This document shows positions 11,200 through 22,165 of a DNA stretch of 64,000 nt, one piece after another. The notes under the pieces were generated by a model. It had not been told where the DNA came from, made no database searches, and saw only the letters and a program-made list of their open reading frames with translations. Where the stretch lies: the NCBI GenBank assembly GCA_030324005.1, contig JARDVH010000106.1:52009185-52073184 (forward strand), written 5' to 3'. Within the stretch, counting starts at the first letter, position 1. Every line of letters starts with the position of its first letter. A program made the position numbers and the translations under genes. This DNA is from Negaprion brevirostris. Its lineage: Eukaryota.

Positions 11200-13510
11200 A
11201 TTTTTTAATAGCATCACTGGCTAGGTAGCATTTATTTCCTTTGCCCAATATGGTGGTGAGCTGCCCTGCTTCAGCCGCTGCAGCCCATGTGGTGCAGGTA
11301 CGCCCACAATGCTGTAAGGGAGGGAGTTCCAGGAATTTGACCCAGCAACAGTGAAGAAACAGCGATATATTTCCAAGACATAACGGTGCACGGCTTGAAG
11401 GGGAGCTTCCAAATGGTGGTGTTCCTAAGCATCTACTACACCTGTCCTTCTAGATGGGTTTGGAAGGTGATCTCTCAGTCAGTCATTCTCACCTCACCTC
11501 TTGCATTCAGCTATTTTGTTTACACTTGAACCATTTCTGTAATGAGGTCAGGAGCTGAGTGGCCCTGACAGAATCCAATCCAAATGTCAGTGAACAAGTT
11601 ATTGCTAAGCAACTGGGCGTGATAGCACTGTTGATGACCATCTGCATCATTTTACAGGTGGATGAGAGCGGACCAATGGATGGTAATTGATAGGGTTTGG
11701 TTTGACCTGCTTTTTGTGTACAGGATTTACCTGGGTGATTTTCCACACAGGTGAGTAGGTATCAATGTTGTAGGAGCTTTCGAGGGACTTGACAATTTCT
11801 GGAGCCCAAGTCTTCATACAATTGCTAGAATATTGACAGGGTCCCTCGCCTTTGCCAGTATCTAGTGGCCTACAGCTGTTTCTTAATGTCACGTGGAATC
11901 AATTGAATTGGCTGAGGACTGGGATCTGTGATGTTGGGGACCTCCAGAGGGGGCCGAGATGAATCATCCATTCAGCACTTCTGGCTGAAGATTGTTGTGA
12001 ATGCTTGAACCATGTCTTTTGCACTTACGTGCTGGACTGCCCCAACATTGAGGATGGGAATATTTGTGGAACCTCCTCCTCCAGTAAGTTGTTTAACTGT
12101 TCATCACCATTAACAACTGGACGTGGCAGGACTGCAGAGTTTAGATCTGATTGCTGGGTTGTGGGATCGCTTAACTCTGTCTTTCACGTGCTGCTTATAT
12201 TGTTTGGCACACAAGTTGTAGCTTTGCCAGGTTGCCACCTCACACTTGAGTACACCTGGTGTTGCTCCTAGCATCACCCTTGTACTCTCGAGCCAGGGTT
12301 GAGCCCCTGGCTTGTTGTAATGAGTAGGAGATATGCTGGGTCATATGGTCACAAATTGTGGTTGAGAACAGTTCTGCTGCTGCTGCTGATGGCTTGCAGT
12401 GCCTCATGAATGCCCTGTGGAGTTACTGGATCTGTTCAAAAACTATCCCATTTAGCACACAGATAGTGCTACACAAGATAATGGAGGGTATCCTCAATGT
12501 GAAGACAGGACCTTGTCTCCACAAGAACAATGCTGTGGCCACTCCTATCGATACTGTCATTGACAGATGCAACTGCAGTGGGCAGGTTGGTGAGGATGAG
12601 GTTGAGTATATGTTTTTCCCCTTTTTTTAGTTCCCTCACCACATGCTAAAGATCCAGTCCAGTAGCTACGTCCTTTAGGACCCAGACAGACAGTCTGGTC
12701 TACAGTGATATATCACTCCAATCTTGGTGATGCACATTGAAGTCCCACACCCAGATTACATTCTGTGCCCTTGTCACCCTCAGTGCTTCCTCCAAGTGGT
12801 GTTCCACTTACAGGAGTACTAATTCATTTGGGGAAAGTTGGTGATAATCAACAGGAGGCTTCCTTGCCTCATGTCTGACCTGGTGCCATAAGACTTCATG
12901 AGGTCTGGAATCAATATTGATGACTCCCAGGGCAATTCTCCTTTGAATGTATACTACTATGCCACCAGCTCTGCAGGGATGATGACAGTGATGTCTGGGA
13001 CATTATCTGTAAAGTATGATTGTGTGAGTATGACGACGCGAGTTCTTGCTTGAGAAGTCTGTGAGACCACTCTCCAATTTTTGCACAAGCTATCAGGAGG
13101 ATTTTGCAGGAGGGCTTGGTGTGCATTACCATTTCTGGTGCCTGGGTCGATGCTAAGTGGTCCATCTTGTTTCATTCCTTTTAAACTTTTCAGTGGTTTA
13201 GTTCAACTGACTGGTTTGCAAGGCTTTTTAAGAGTTATTGCTGTGGATCTGGAGTCACATGTAGATCAGACCAGGTAACGACGGCAGGTTTCCATCTCTA
13301 ATGGACATCGGTGAACCGGATGGGCTTTTACGACAATCAACATTTGTTTCATGGTCATCAGCAGATTTTTAATTCCAGATAGATATTTATTGAATTCAAA
13401 TTTCACTATCTGTTGTGGTGGGATATTCAAACCCAGATCTCCAGAACATAACTCTGGGTCTCTGGATTACTAGTCCAATGAGAGTGACCATTATGCCACC
13501 ATCTCCCCAC
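11200..13510 (-). mobile_element. Non-LTR retrotransposon with tRNA-like 5' head, APE endonuclease, partial RT and a SINE-shared 3' tail (decayed, internally deleted)
   Basis: On the - strand: A/B-box head (13510-13420), SINE body (to about 13235), APE motifs (VVILTQSYFTDNVPD; WV(W)DFNVHHQ at about 12740), RT start (WKITQVNPVHKKQ..NY), 3' end FFTVAGSNSWNSLP and tail 'aataaatgctacctagccagtgatgc'. Confidence 0.85.
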
Positions 13511-13740
13511 AAATTAGCAAAATGGGAACAAAGGTCTAAAGTACAAGACATCCAAACTTTTTTTTTCTAAAGTAACTATGTAAATTAGTCAAGTACAAAC
13601 CCTTTTTTCCCCCAAAATGATTGGCTGCTATAGGCATGTCAGTTTGCCATCCACTTTTCCATCAAAAACATAGCCAAGCACATTCAACATGCAAAATACG
13701 TTCAGCAAAAGGTAAATGTAACAAAAAAAGAGAATATATA

Positions 13741-13872
13741 GGGTGGGATTCTAAGCTCAGTCATTTCTGCCCCACTGCCAGAGAGAATGGACAATTTGGC
13801 ATTCAGCCAAAACTCCATTCACTGAACTGCCACTAGAGAATCCCAGACGTAGACAAGGTGAGAGGTCTCCAG
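13741..13872. mobile_element. Degenerate MITE (GGGTGGGATTCT...GAGAATCCC)
   Basis: TIR-like ends similar to the other GGGC/TGGATTTT MITEs in this window. Confidence 0.45.
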
Positions 13873-14336
13873 TGATAGAATTTACTTTTAATCGACTGAG
13901 ACAATTATTTTCCAAAGACTTCACTGGATTTCTGCGTCCAGTTAATGATTAGAATACATTATAAACCCTTGTTCAAGCAGACTGTCAGACTGTCTTCACT
14001 GCTAAAAACTAAGTTCAACGGTCCTTCATGAAAAATAGATGGTAAACAATTTTATTCCAAGGAAACTTAATGGTTTTAACCCCAGTTTATTCTAGCCAAA
14101 TTGCGGACCTCAAAAGGAAAACCATCCCCAACCCTGGTCATAATTGTAGTCGCATCCCATATTGAATATGTTGCCTCTAAGAATCAATGCAAGTTGAATT
14201 TGGAGCAGTATCAATTAAATTATTATTTACCATACGACTGTCAGTGTTAAGCAAAGATCAACAACTTATTTGGAAGGGATGTAAAGATAACTAGTTTGAG
14301 AATGGATGGAAAGGCAAGTTATGAGGATGACACAAA

Positions 14337-14472
14337 AGGCTGGAATGTTACAGCTGTTGATGCTGACAGGATTTTCCCATCCCACTGTAGTGAATGGAGA
14401 TTTGGTTGGGTACCAAATTCTCCGACTTTTCTGCAGGGGAGCATGGCATGAAAGGTCTGTAAGATCATGCTC
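14337..14472. mobile_element. MITE inserted in CR1
   Basis: Interrupts the CR1 'gatgacacaaa|aagtctacagagggatatagac'. Degenerate TIRs aggctggaatgttac / gtaagatcatgctc, flanked by AAA. Confidence 0.65.
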
Positions 14473-15046
14473 AAAAGTCTACAGAGGGATATAGACAGAT
14501 TAGGTGGGTGGGCAAAAACTTGGCAGATGGACTATAATGGAGGAAAATGTGAAGCTATCCACTTTGATGGGAAGAGTAAAGGAGCTGAATATTATTCCAA
14601 TTGAGAAAGACTGCAGGGAGTTGTGGCACAGAGGGATTTGGGAGTCCTTGTGCATAAATCACAAAAAGCTAGTGTGCAAGCTCAGGAGGTGATAGGGAAA
14701 AAGTGGAATGCTGGCCTTTATTTCAAAGGGAATAGAGCATAAAAATAGGGAAGTCTTGCTAAACTATACGAGTCAGCTGGAATACTGAACAGCTTTGGTC
14801 CCCTTATCCATGGAAAGATTTTCTGGCATTGGAGGCAGTTCAGTGAAGATTCATTAGGTTGATCATAGGCATGGAGGGATTTTCTTATGGGGAGAGGTTG
14901 AGTAGGTTGGCCCTGTATTCATTGGAGTTTAGAAGAATGAGACGCAATCTTGTTGCGACATATAGGATTCTCAGGGGTTTGACAGGGTAGATGATGAGAA
15001 ATTGTTTTCCCTTGTGGGAAGAGTCAAGGACTAGACGGTGTAATCT

Positions 15047-15415
15047 TTTTGTTTATTCATTCGTGGGACTTGGATGTCGCTGGCTGGCCATCATTTATTG
15101 CCGATTCCTAGTTGCACTTGTACAGAGGGGCAGTTGAGAGTCAACCACATCGTTGTGGATCTGGAGTCACACATACACCAGACCAGATAAACAGGGCGAT
15201 TTCCTTCCGTAAACGACATTCATGAATCACATGGGTTTTTCCAACAATTGACAATGGTTTCATGGTCATCAATACATTCTTAATTCCAGATTTTTTTTTA
15301 TTGAGTTCAAATTCCACCAACTGCCATGGTTGGATTCGAACCTGGGTTCCCAGAACATTAGCTGAGTTTCTGGATTAATAGTCAACGATAATACCATTAG
15401 GTCATCGCCATCCCC
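15047..15415 (-). mobile_element. tRNA-headed SINE (same family as 2216-2547)
   Basis: Full head, body and tail in reverse complement; flanked by an 'aatct' direct repeat (candidate TSD). Confidence 0.9.
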
Positions 15416-15534
15416 TAAATCTAAGAGTGAGGGGTCGCTCATTTAAGGCAGAGACGAGGAGAAATCTCTTCTCCAGAAGATAATGTATCTGTGGAATTCA
15501 TTACTACAAAGAGTTAGAGTGTCTGGGTCGTTAA

Positions 15535-16600
15535 CATAAAGAGAGAAAATAGGAGCAGGGGGAGACAGCCCTTTGAGTGTGCTCTGGCATTCATTATGAT
15601 CATGGTTGATTATCCAACTCAATTGCCTGATTTGCCTCTGTCCACCCCCCCCCACCATATCCTTTGATCCCACTCACCTCAAGTGCTGTATCCAGCTGCT
15701 TCTTGAAAACAGTTTGGCCTCAACTACTTTCTGTGGTAGTGAATTCCATAGGTTGACTACTCTCAGTGAAGAAATTTCTCTCCAACTCCATCATAAACCA
15801 TCTACTCTATTTCCTCAGACTCTGTCCACTGATTCTGGACACCCCCCATCATTGGGAACATCTTTTTTATATTTACCCTGTCTAGCCCTGTTCGAATTTT
15901 ATAGGTTTCTATATAAGATCCCCCCTCATTCTTCTGAAATCCAGTGAATATCATTCCTCATGCATTAGTCCAGCCATCCCAGGGATCAGTCTGGTAAACT
16001 TTCTCTGCACTCTCTCAATAGCAAGAACATCCTTCTTCAGGTAAAGAGATCAAAACTGCACACAATATTCCAGGTGTAGCCTTGCAAAGGCACTGTACGC
16101 TTGCATCAAAACATCCCTTCTCTCGCTATGAAGGCCAACATACCATTTACCTTCTTTATTGCTTACTGCATCTGCATGCTTATCTTAAGTGGCTGGTGTA
16201 TGAGGATACTTGGGTCTTGTTGCACATTCCCCTCTCCTAATTTATAGCCAATCAAATATTAATCTGCCTTCCAGCTTTGCTAACAAAGTGGATAACCTCA
16301 CATAATTAACCAAATTATTCATCATCTGTCAATCATTTGCCCACTCACTCAATTTATCCAAGTCACACTGAAGGATCTCTGTATCCTCCACATAGCTCAC
16401 CCCCCAACCCAGCTTGGTGTCATGTACAAATTTTGAGATATTACAATTAGTTCCCTCATTTAAATCATGAATAGCTGGAGTCCCAGCACTGCTGTGGTAC
16501 CCCACTAGTCACTGCCTGCCATTTGGAAAAAGACCCATTTATTCCTACTCTGTTTCATGTTTGCCAACCAGTTTTCCATCCATCTCAATCTCATGTGCTT
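15535..16600 (-). mobile_element. CR1 LINE 3' portion
   Basis: Reverse complement of CR1 RT end and tail (NWLAN.KQ.RNKWVFF; LEYCVQF). Confidence 0.85.
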
Positions 16601-16605
16601 TAAGA

Positions 16606-16850
16606 ACATAAGAACATAAGAAATAGGAGCAGGAGTAGGCCATCCAGCCCTTCGAGCCTGCCCCGNNNNNNNNNNNNNNNNNNNNNNNNNNNNNNNNNNN
16701 NNNNNNNNNNNNNNNNNNNNNNNNNNNNNNNNNNNNNNNNNNNNNNNNNNNNNNNNNNNNNNNNNGCACAAGGACCCCGAGGTCCCTCTGCACCGTCGCC
16801 TGCTGCAGTTTTTCGCCATTTAAGTAATAGTCCTTCCTACCATTATTCCT
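16606..16850 (-). mobile_element. Young CR1 LINE (gap-spanning)
   Basis: Tail 'acataagaacataagaaataggagcaggagtaggccatccagcccttcgagcctgccccg' identical to 27494; QRDLGVLV after the gap. Confidence 0.85.
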
Positions 16851-17030
16851 AAGTATGTGTTAAATGTGCTGAAGGCTGACAGAGACAGATTTTTAATCAT
16901 TAGGGGAATAAAAGGTTGTGGGCAAGTAGAATTGAGGGCTAGCATAACAGATCAGTCATGATCTCATTGAATGACAAAGCAAACTTGATGGGCCAAATTG
17001 CCTACTTCTCCTATGTTTTATGGTTCTATG
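16850..17030 (+). mobile_element. CR1 3' tail fragment
   Basis: Reads 'aaggctgacagagacagattttta...gatcagtcatgatctcattgaatg...gggccaaattgcctacttctcctatgt'. Confidence 0.75.
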
Positions 17031-20000
17031 GGAAAGAGATCTCACTGCTGCACCAAGGCCCGCATTCTATCTTTGGAGTTACCTAAAAACATAAGGTACA
17101 GAAATTTAATCTCTTTGCTGCGTCTGATCTTGCAACCTTTGATGTCAGTGCTGAGTGCTCAAAGTCTAAAAATTGCTCCACACTTCACCTTAAGCATTGA
17201 AACAGCTGACTCACAGACACAGAGAATCTTTTACATCGTTGCAGTAGTTTATACTCAGCAATTTTCAGTATTTGTGTGTGGATCAGCCACAATCCTCACT
17301 GAGGAAACCTCAAAAATTATTTTAAAAATGTCATGTAGAAATTTTCAAAGCAGCCACTTTATATCCAAGGTCATACTATCCAAATCACCATTCAAAATGC
17401 TGGGACCCTGCCAGGTGTACTGGAACAGTCTGTTTTTGTTCTGTACATTCTCCTAAGAAAAGCATTAAATCTAGCCATATTAAAAATAAAGCCCAGTAAT
17501 GACCAAAAACAAACCAGTATACTTTTTGGTTAATCTGAAACACTTGCACTAATTGAAATTGCATCACATCGAATCTTCAACATTCAGTAAATTGCAGAAC
17601 GGTGAAATTACAAACACTATGTTCAGTTGTTTCCTTTCTATTATAAATAAGAAGGATAATCCACAAGCACTCTCCAACTGAGAGATGGAGATATATTTTA
17701 GATGTTGGTGAAGAATCATCGATTTTTTTTTTAAACAAAGGTGTCCACTTTGATCAGAAATTTGTTTTTTGATCAAGAACTAATTTTAGCTGGTCCCTTA
17801 GCATGAAGATGTACGCTTCAAGTGATCAACCTTTATTTTTTTCTCTGTGGAGAAGTTGTCATATAGCAGACCTGTTAGTTGCTTCAACAGTTAGGGAGGC
17901 TGTCCACACATCCTATCTTGGTAGGACGAACTTTATCTAACATCATGCAATGCTTTGGAAATTGACACTTCTTGCATCTTTGACCAAACCCTCCTGCTAA
18001 TTGTTTTTCTGGTCCAATACTTGAAAGGACAGCAGTAATCTAATATTCTACTACTTGCCTTAGAGAAATTAGACATAAATCCATATTCATCTTTTTACAG
18101 AAAGGCTTCTGCAGCTGGCATTCACCCTGAAGATACCATTTGAAACACGGACATTTCACCACCTCAGGGCCGAAGAGTCAATAAACATTACCATTCAACT
18201 TTTATTACATTGAACCTAACTGACATTTGTTGAAAAATGTTCTGGGAGAAACCTGACAGCACTCCAACTTTCTTTGCAGCTACAGCAGAGCAGAATGAGC
18301 TAATATTTATATGCTGCATACAGCATATGAGCATGCTTCAGTGCAAATACGAAAGGTAAAGTTCCTCGGTTTGGATGGAAGCTTGAGGCAATATTTGGAG
18401 GGTACATGGTTGTGACAATTAGTTGAACAAGTAGATAATGTTATGATGGTGAAACGCACAACAGAATACTGGTACACAATTTCATTTTGCCAAGAACTGA
18501 AAACAATTCCCATGAGTAAGTGCTAAATAGCAGCTACCCAGATGGTGGATGTGAAACCTGTCATGGAAGTCATCCTTGAGTCAACCACCTGCTGAATTCA
18601 GCAACCATGTCACTGTGGCATTGACAAAAACAGAACACAGAAACTACTGAGACCTTCTTGGCCATGTTAGTTTATGGTCTGTGGTGATGTAGCAGGGAAT
18701 GTTTATTTCAAAATCAAAATGGATTACTAGATATACTACATCAAAGTGTATACTTTAGCATAATAAGAAACATGAATAAATTAGTCATTAGATTTGATAT
18801 GCAACATAAAATCAGAAATTCTCATGTGCATTCATGCATCATCCTGTTATGAGGCATTTTACAATAATATACTACAATTATTTAAACTGGTTAACCCTAT
18901 TAATCATAAAAATGTTTGCTCACTACCCGTTAATTAGTGCATCAGAACAGCAGTCTCCCTAATGGATTCCTGAAAATTTCAAATACAATTTAGATTAGCA
19001 AAGAAAAAACACCACTGTTCCAGAGTAACTTTTGAAATAAAATAAAATTTCAACGAATCCTTTTCTGGACAGAAGACACTTGATTTTCTTTTCAAACTAA
19101 ATGGGTTAATTACGATTCATTTTTTTGAAAGTAATTCATCTTAATCGAGGTGATATTGTATTGCTTTCACAAGAGCAACATTTAAAAGTAATCAAAGTAG
19201 CTAATTAGTAAGAAATGGCAAGTTTCATCCTTTTTTTCAAGGAATCATCACAAGACCAATTTGTTTCAAAGCAGTTCTTAAAGAGCCTAAATATATAAAC
19301 TGACAGAAGTGACTGACTAGATTTTAAAGCACCAACAAGAGCTGAGCAGATCTAAAATAGGTGTTATGTTGCTTGGATAAAAGAAAATGATACTCATTGA
19401 TACTTGCCTGGACAAGAGAATATTCAGCAGAGAAATACACAAATGAGAATACACGCCTGATTCCATAACTTTCAGATAATGGTATCATGAATAAGTTGCA
19501 TGTTTATTCTGTGATACTTAACAACTGTACATACTAATTAGATCATGAAAATACCGGTGAATCGGGACAAGTTTAGCCATTTTATTATTTTTTGGATGAG
19601 TAATGAACAAAATGCAATGTTTCCAAGACAATTATTTGGTTTATCCTGGATCCCGTGAGATTTTCTCTCGTAACTACTCAAGTTAGCAAAAGTCAGGTAA
19701 TGTTTGGGGAGCACATGCATAAAGAATGCCCTAGTTTCGCACAAGCTACTTTTTGACCTGATATGAATAGGCAAAATAAATTGTATGCTACGATCAAGGC
19801 ATTCCATTCTCCAGATTAAACATGTTGTAAAGAGCCACCTATATATATGTTTTATCATTCAGTTCTCACTTGCCAAAATATGTTTTACTTAAAACAGCCT
19901 CAGTGCAATTTTTGACTTGATGAGTTGCAGTTAAAACATCGATTCACAGACAAACTGCCCAATCAAGTAAAAAAAAACTGCCACCAGTATTAACCCATGT

Positions 20001-20079
20001 AACAAAGATTTAAACAGTCATACTAACAATCAAACAGGATGAATGATAAAAGCACATTATTTTGATTCTAAAATCTGAA

Positions 20080-20270
20080 ACAGAAGCTGAAAATGTTGCA
20101 AAATCTCAGCAGGTCTGACAGCATCTGTGGAAAGAGAATAGAGCTAATGTTTCGAGTCTGGCTTTGTTAGAGTTCAGATGAAAAGTCGTCCAGACTTGAA
20201 ACATTAGCTCTATTCTCTCTCCACAGATGTTGTCAGATCTGTTGAGATTTTCCAGTATTTCCAGCTTGCG
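20080..20270. mobile_element. Palindromic Penelope-like terminal remnant
   Basis: Arms 'aaaatctcagcaggtctgacagcatctgtggaaagagaatagagctaatgtttcgagtctgg' and 'ccagacttgaaacattagctctattctctctccacagatgttgtcagatctgttgagatttt' are reverse complements. Confidence 0.8.
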
Positions 20271-20349
20271 TTTGAAACAGAATATGCAACTGGCAGAATA
20301 CATGCAGAGCAAGTTAAAATATAAACCCAAGATTTATGAACTATTATAA

Positions 20350-22165
20350 GAACATAAATTGCTGAAGAACTCAGCAGGCCTGGCAGCACCTGTGGAGAGA
20401 CAGAGAAAATACCCTATCGGAAGTGTTTTCTTTCTGTTTGCATTGGGCTTACTGGACTTCTGAAGCAGGCCAAGGATGAACATGTGGGCATCGGAGCAAT
20501 ATTGAATGGCAAGTTGACAGGAAGGTCGGGATCATGTTTACAGACTGAGTGAAGGGGTTTTTACAGTCACCCAGCATAGAGGAGACTGCATCGTGAGTAG
20601 CAAATGCAGTGGCCTAACTGAAGGAGGTGCAAGTGAAATGCTGCTTCACTTGAAAGGAGGTTGCTAAACTCTTCTTCCCTTATCTCCATCTTTATGTTCA
20701 ATTCTTTGAGCAGGACTTCTCCTCCTGTTCACTGGATATTTTCACCCGCCTCCAGCATTCTCCCTCTACCTGGACCCTTGCTCCCGTGGCCCCTTACCCA
20801 TTGTTTCATCTTTGCACTGAGAAATGTCAGCATGACACCGGCTTTAATTTCTCTGTTCCCTCAAACCACTCCAACTGGTCTCTTTCTGAACATGCAGCAC
20901 TTTGCTCTCTCAGGTCTGACCTTGACTTTGTCATCCAACCCACTCATTTCTTTCTGTCTAGATTCGACTCTTTCTCCTCTTGGTCGGTATATTCCCAGCA
21001 ACATTCGTGATTCCTCCGATGTCGTACATCATGTCAATAACTTCCAGTTTCCTGGTCCTAATGCCTTCTCTTCACCATGGGCGCCCAATCCCTCTACACT
21101 TCCATACCCCAGGAGAAATGTATGAGGACTCTGCTTCTTTCTTGAACAATCTCCATACACCATCGCTCTCCTCCACCTGGCCAAAATGTTCTCACTGAAC
21201 AATTTCTCCTTTAACTTGTCTCACATCCTGCAAATAAAAGGTATAGCTATTGTATTTCCATGAATTCCACTAATGCCTATCTTTTGTGGGATATGTGGAA
21301 CCTTCTTTGTTCCAGTCCTATTTGGGCCCCCTCCCACAATTCTTTTCTCCTGATACATCTATGACTGTTTCAGTGTTGCTTTATGCTCTTGTCTGGACCC
21401 GGAAAGTATTTTTCTTTTTGCTCTCAATTTCTACCACACACAACTTTGTGTGGTCCATATCCAACACTTCCATTCCCTTTCTTGACTTATCTGCCTCCAT
21501 TTCTGGTGGCTGATTGTCGACCAATTTTCAATACAAGCCCACTGACTCCCACAGCTATCTTGACTATAGCTCCTCGCGCTCTACTTCATGTAAGGATTTC
21601 ATCCAATTCCCCAGTTTCACTGCTTCTGTCACATCTGTTTCAATGATGCTACCTTCCAAAACAATGCATCTGGCGTCTTCTTTTTTCCTGAACCAAGGTT
21701 TCTTCCCAAATGTGATTGACAAGGACTTCAACTATGTCCAACACATATCCTGCAAATCTGCCCTCACCCCTTCTTTCCCTTCTGTAACCATCCCCTCAAC
21801 TCCCTCCCCCACAGAGTAAATTATTTTGCTTTCAGAGTGCTGAACCTTGTTCTGCTATTCACACATTCTGTTACTTTACCTTTATTTCATTTTTTTGTCT
21901 TCAACATTACCATTAACATTCCCTTTGTCTTGTGCTGACCTCTTTGTCAATCTCTTCTGAGTTCCCACCTATTGTTGACCTTCCATTCTGTCTCACCTTC
22001 TCCACTTCTCTCTCCAAATTATATTTCTACCCTTCTTCAGCTCTGAGGAAGAGCCATAGGAATTTGAAATGTATCCCTCTCCGCAGATACAGAGTCTTTC
22101 CAGCATTTTCTATTTTTATTCCTGTTTTTATTCCAGATTTCCAGTATCCACATTGCTTTTATTAA
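20350..22165. mobile_element. Penelope-like element (RT on +, inverted GIY-YIG fragment on -)
   Basis: + strand 20990-21780: IRDSSDVVHHVNNFQFPGPN, GYVEPSLFQSYLGPLPQFF, YKPTDSHSYLDYSS. - strand 20430-20655: FQVKQHFTCTS..HCICYSRCSL (GIY-YIG region). Terminal repeats are inverted. Confidence 0.85.

Larger units (their letters stand above)
14290..15530 (+). mobile_element. CR1 LINE ORF2 3' half with a nested MITE (14337-14472) and SINE (15047-15415)
   Basis: LQRDIDRL..W; RDLGVLVHKSQK; FWSPY; CR1 C-terminal motifs. Confidence 0.9.

Noticed and set aside
16998-18660. Long repeat-poor stretch with 152-aa and 68-aa ORFs
   Set aside because: No recognisable domain, no coherent splice structure, and frequent stops on manual translation.
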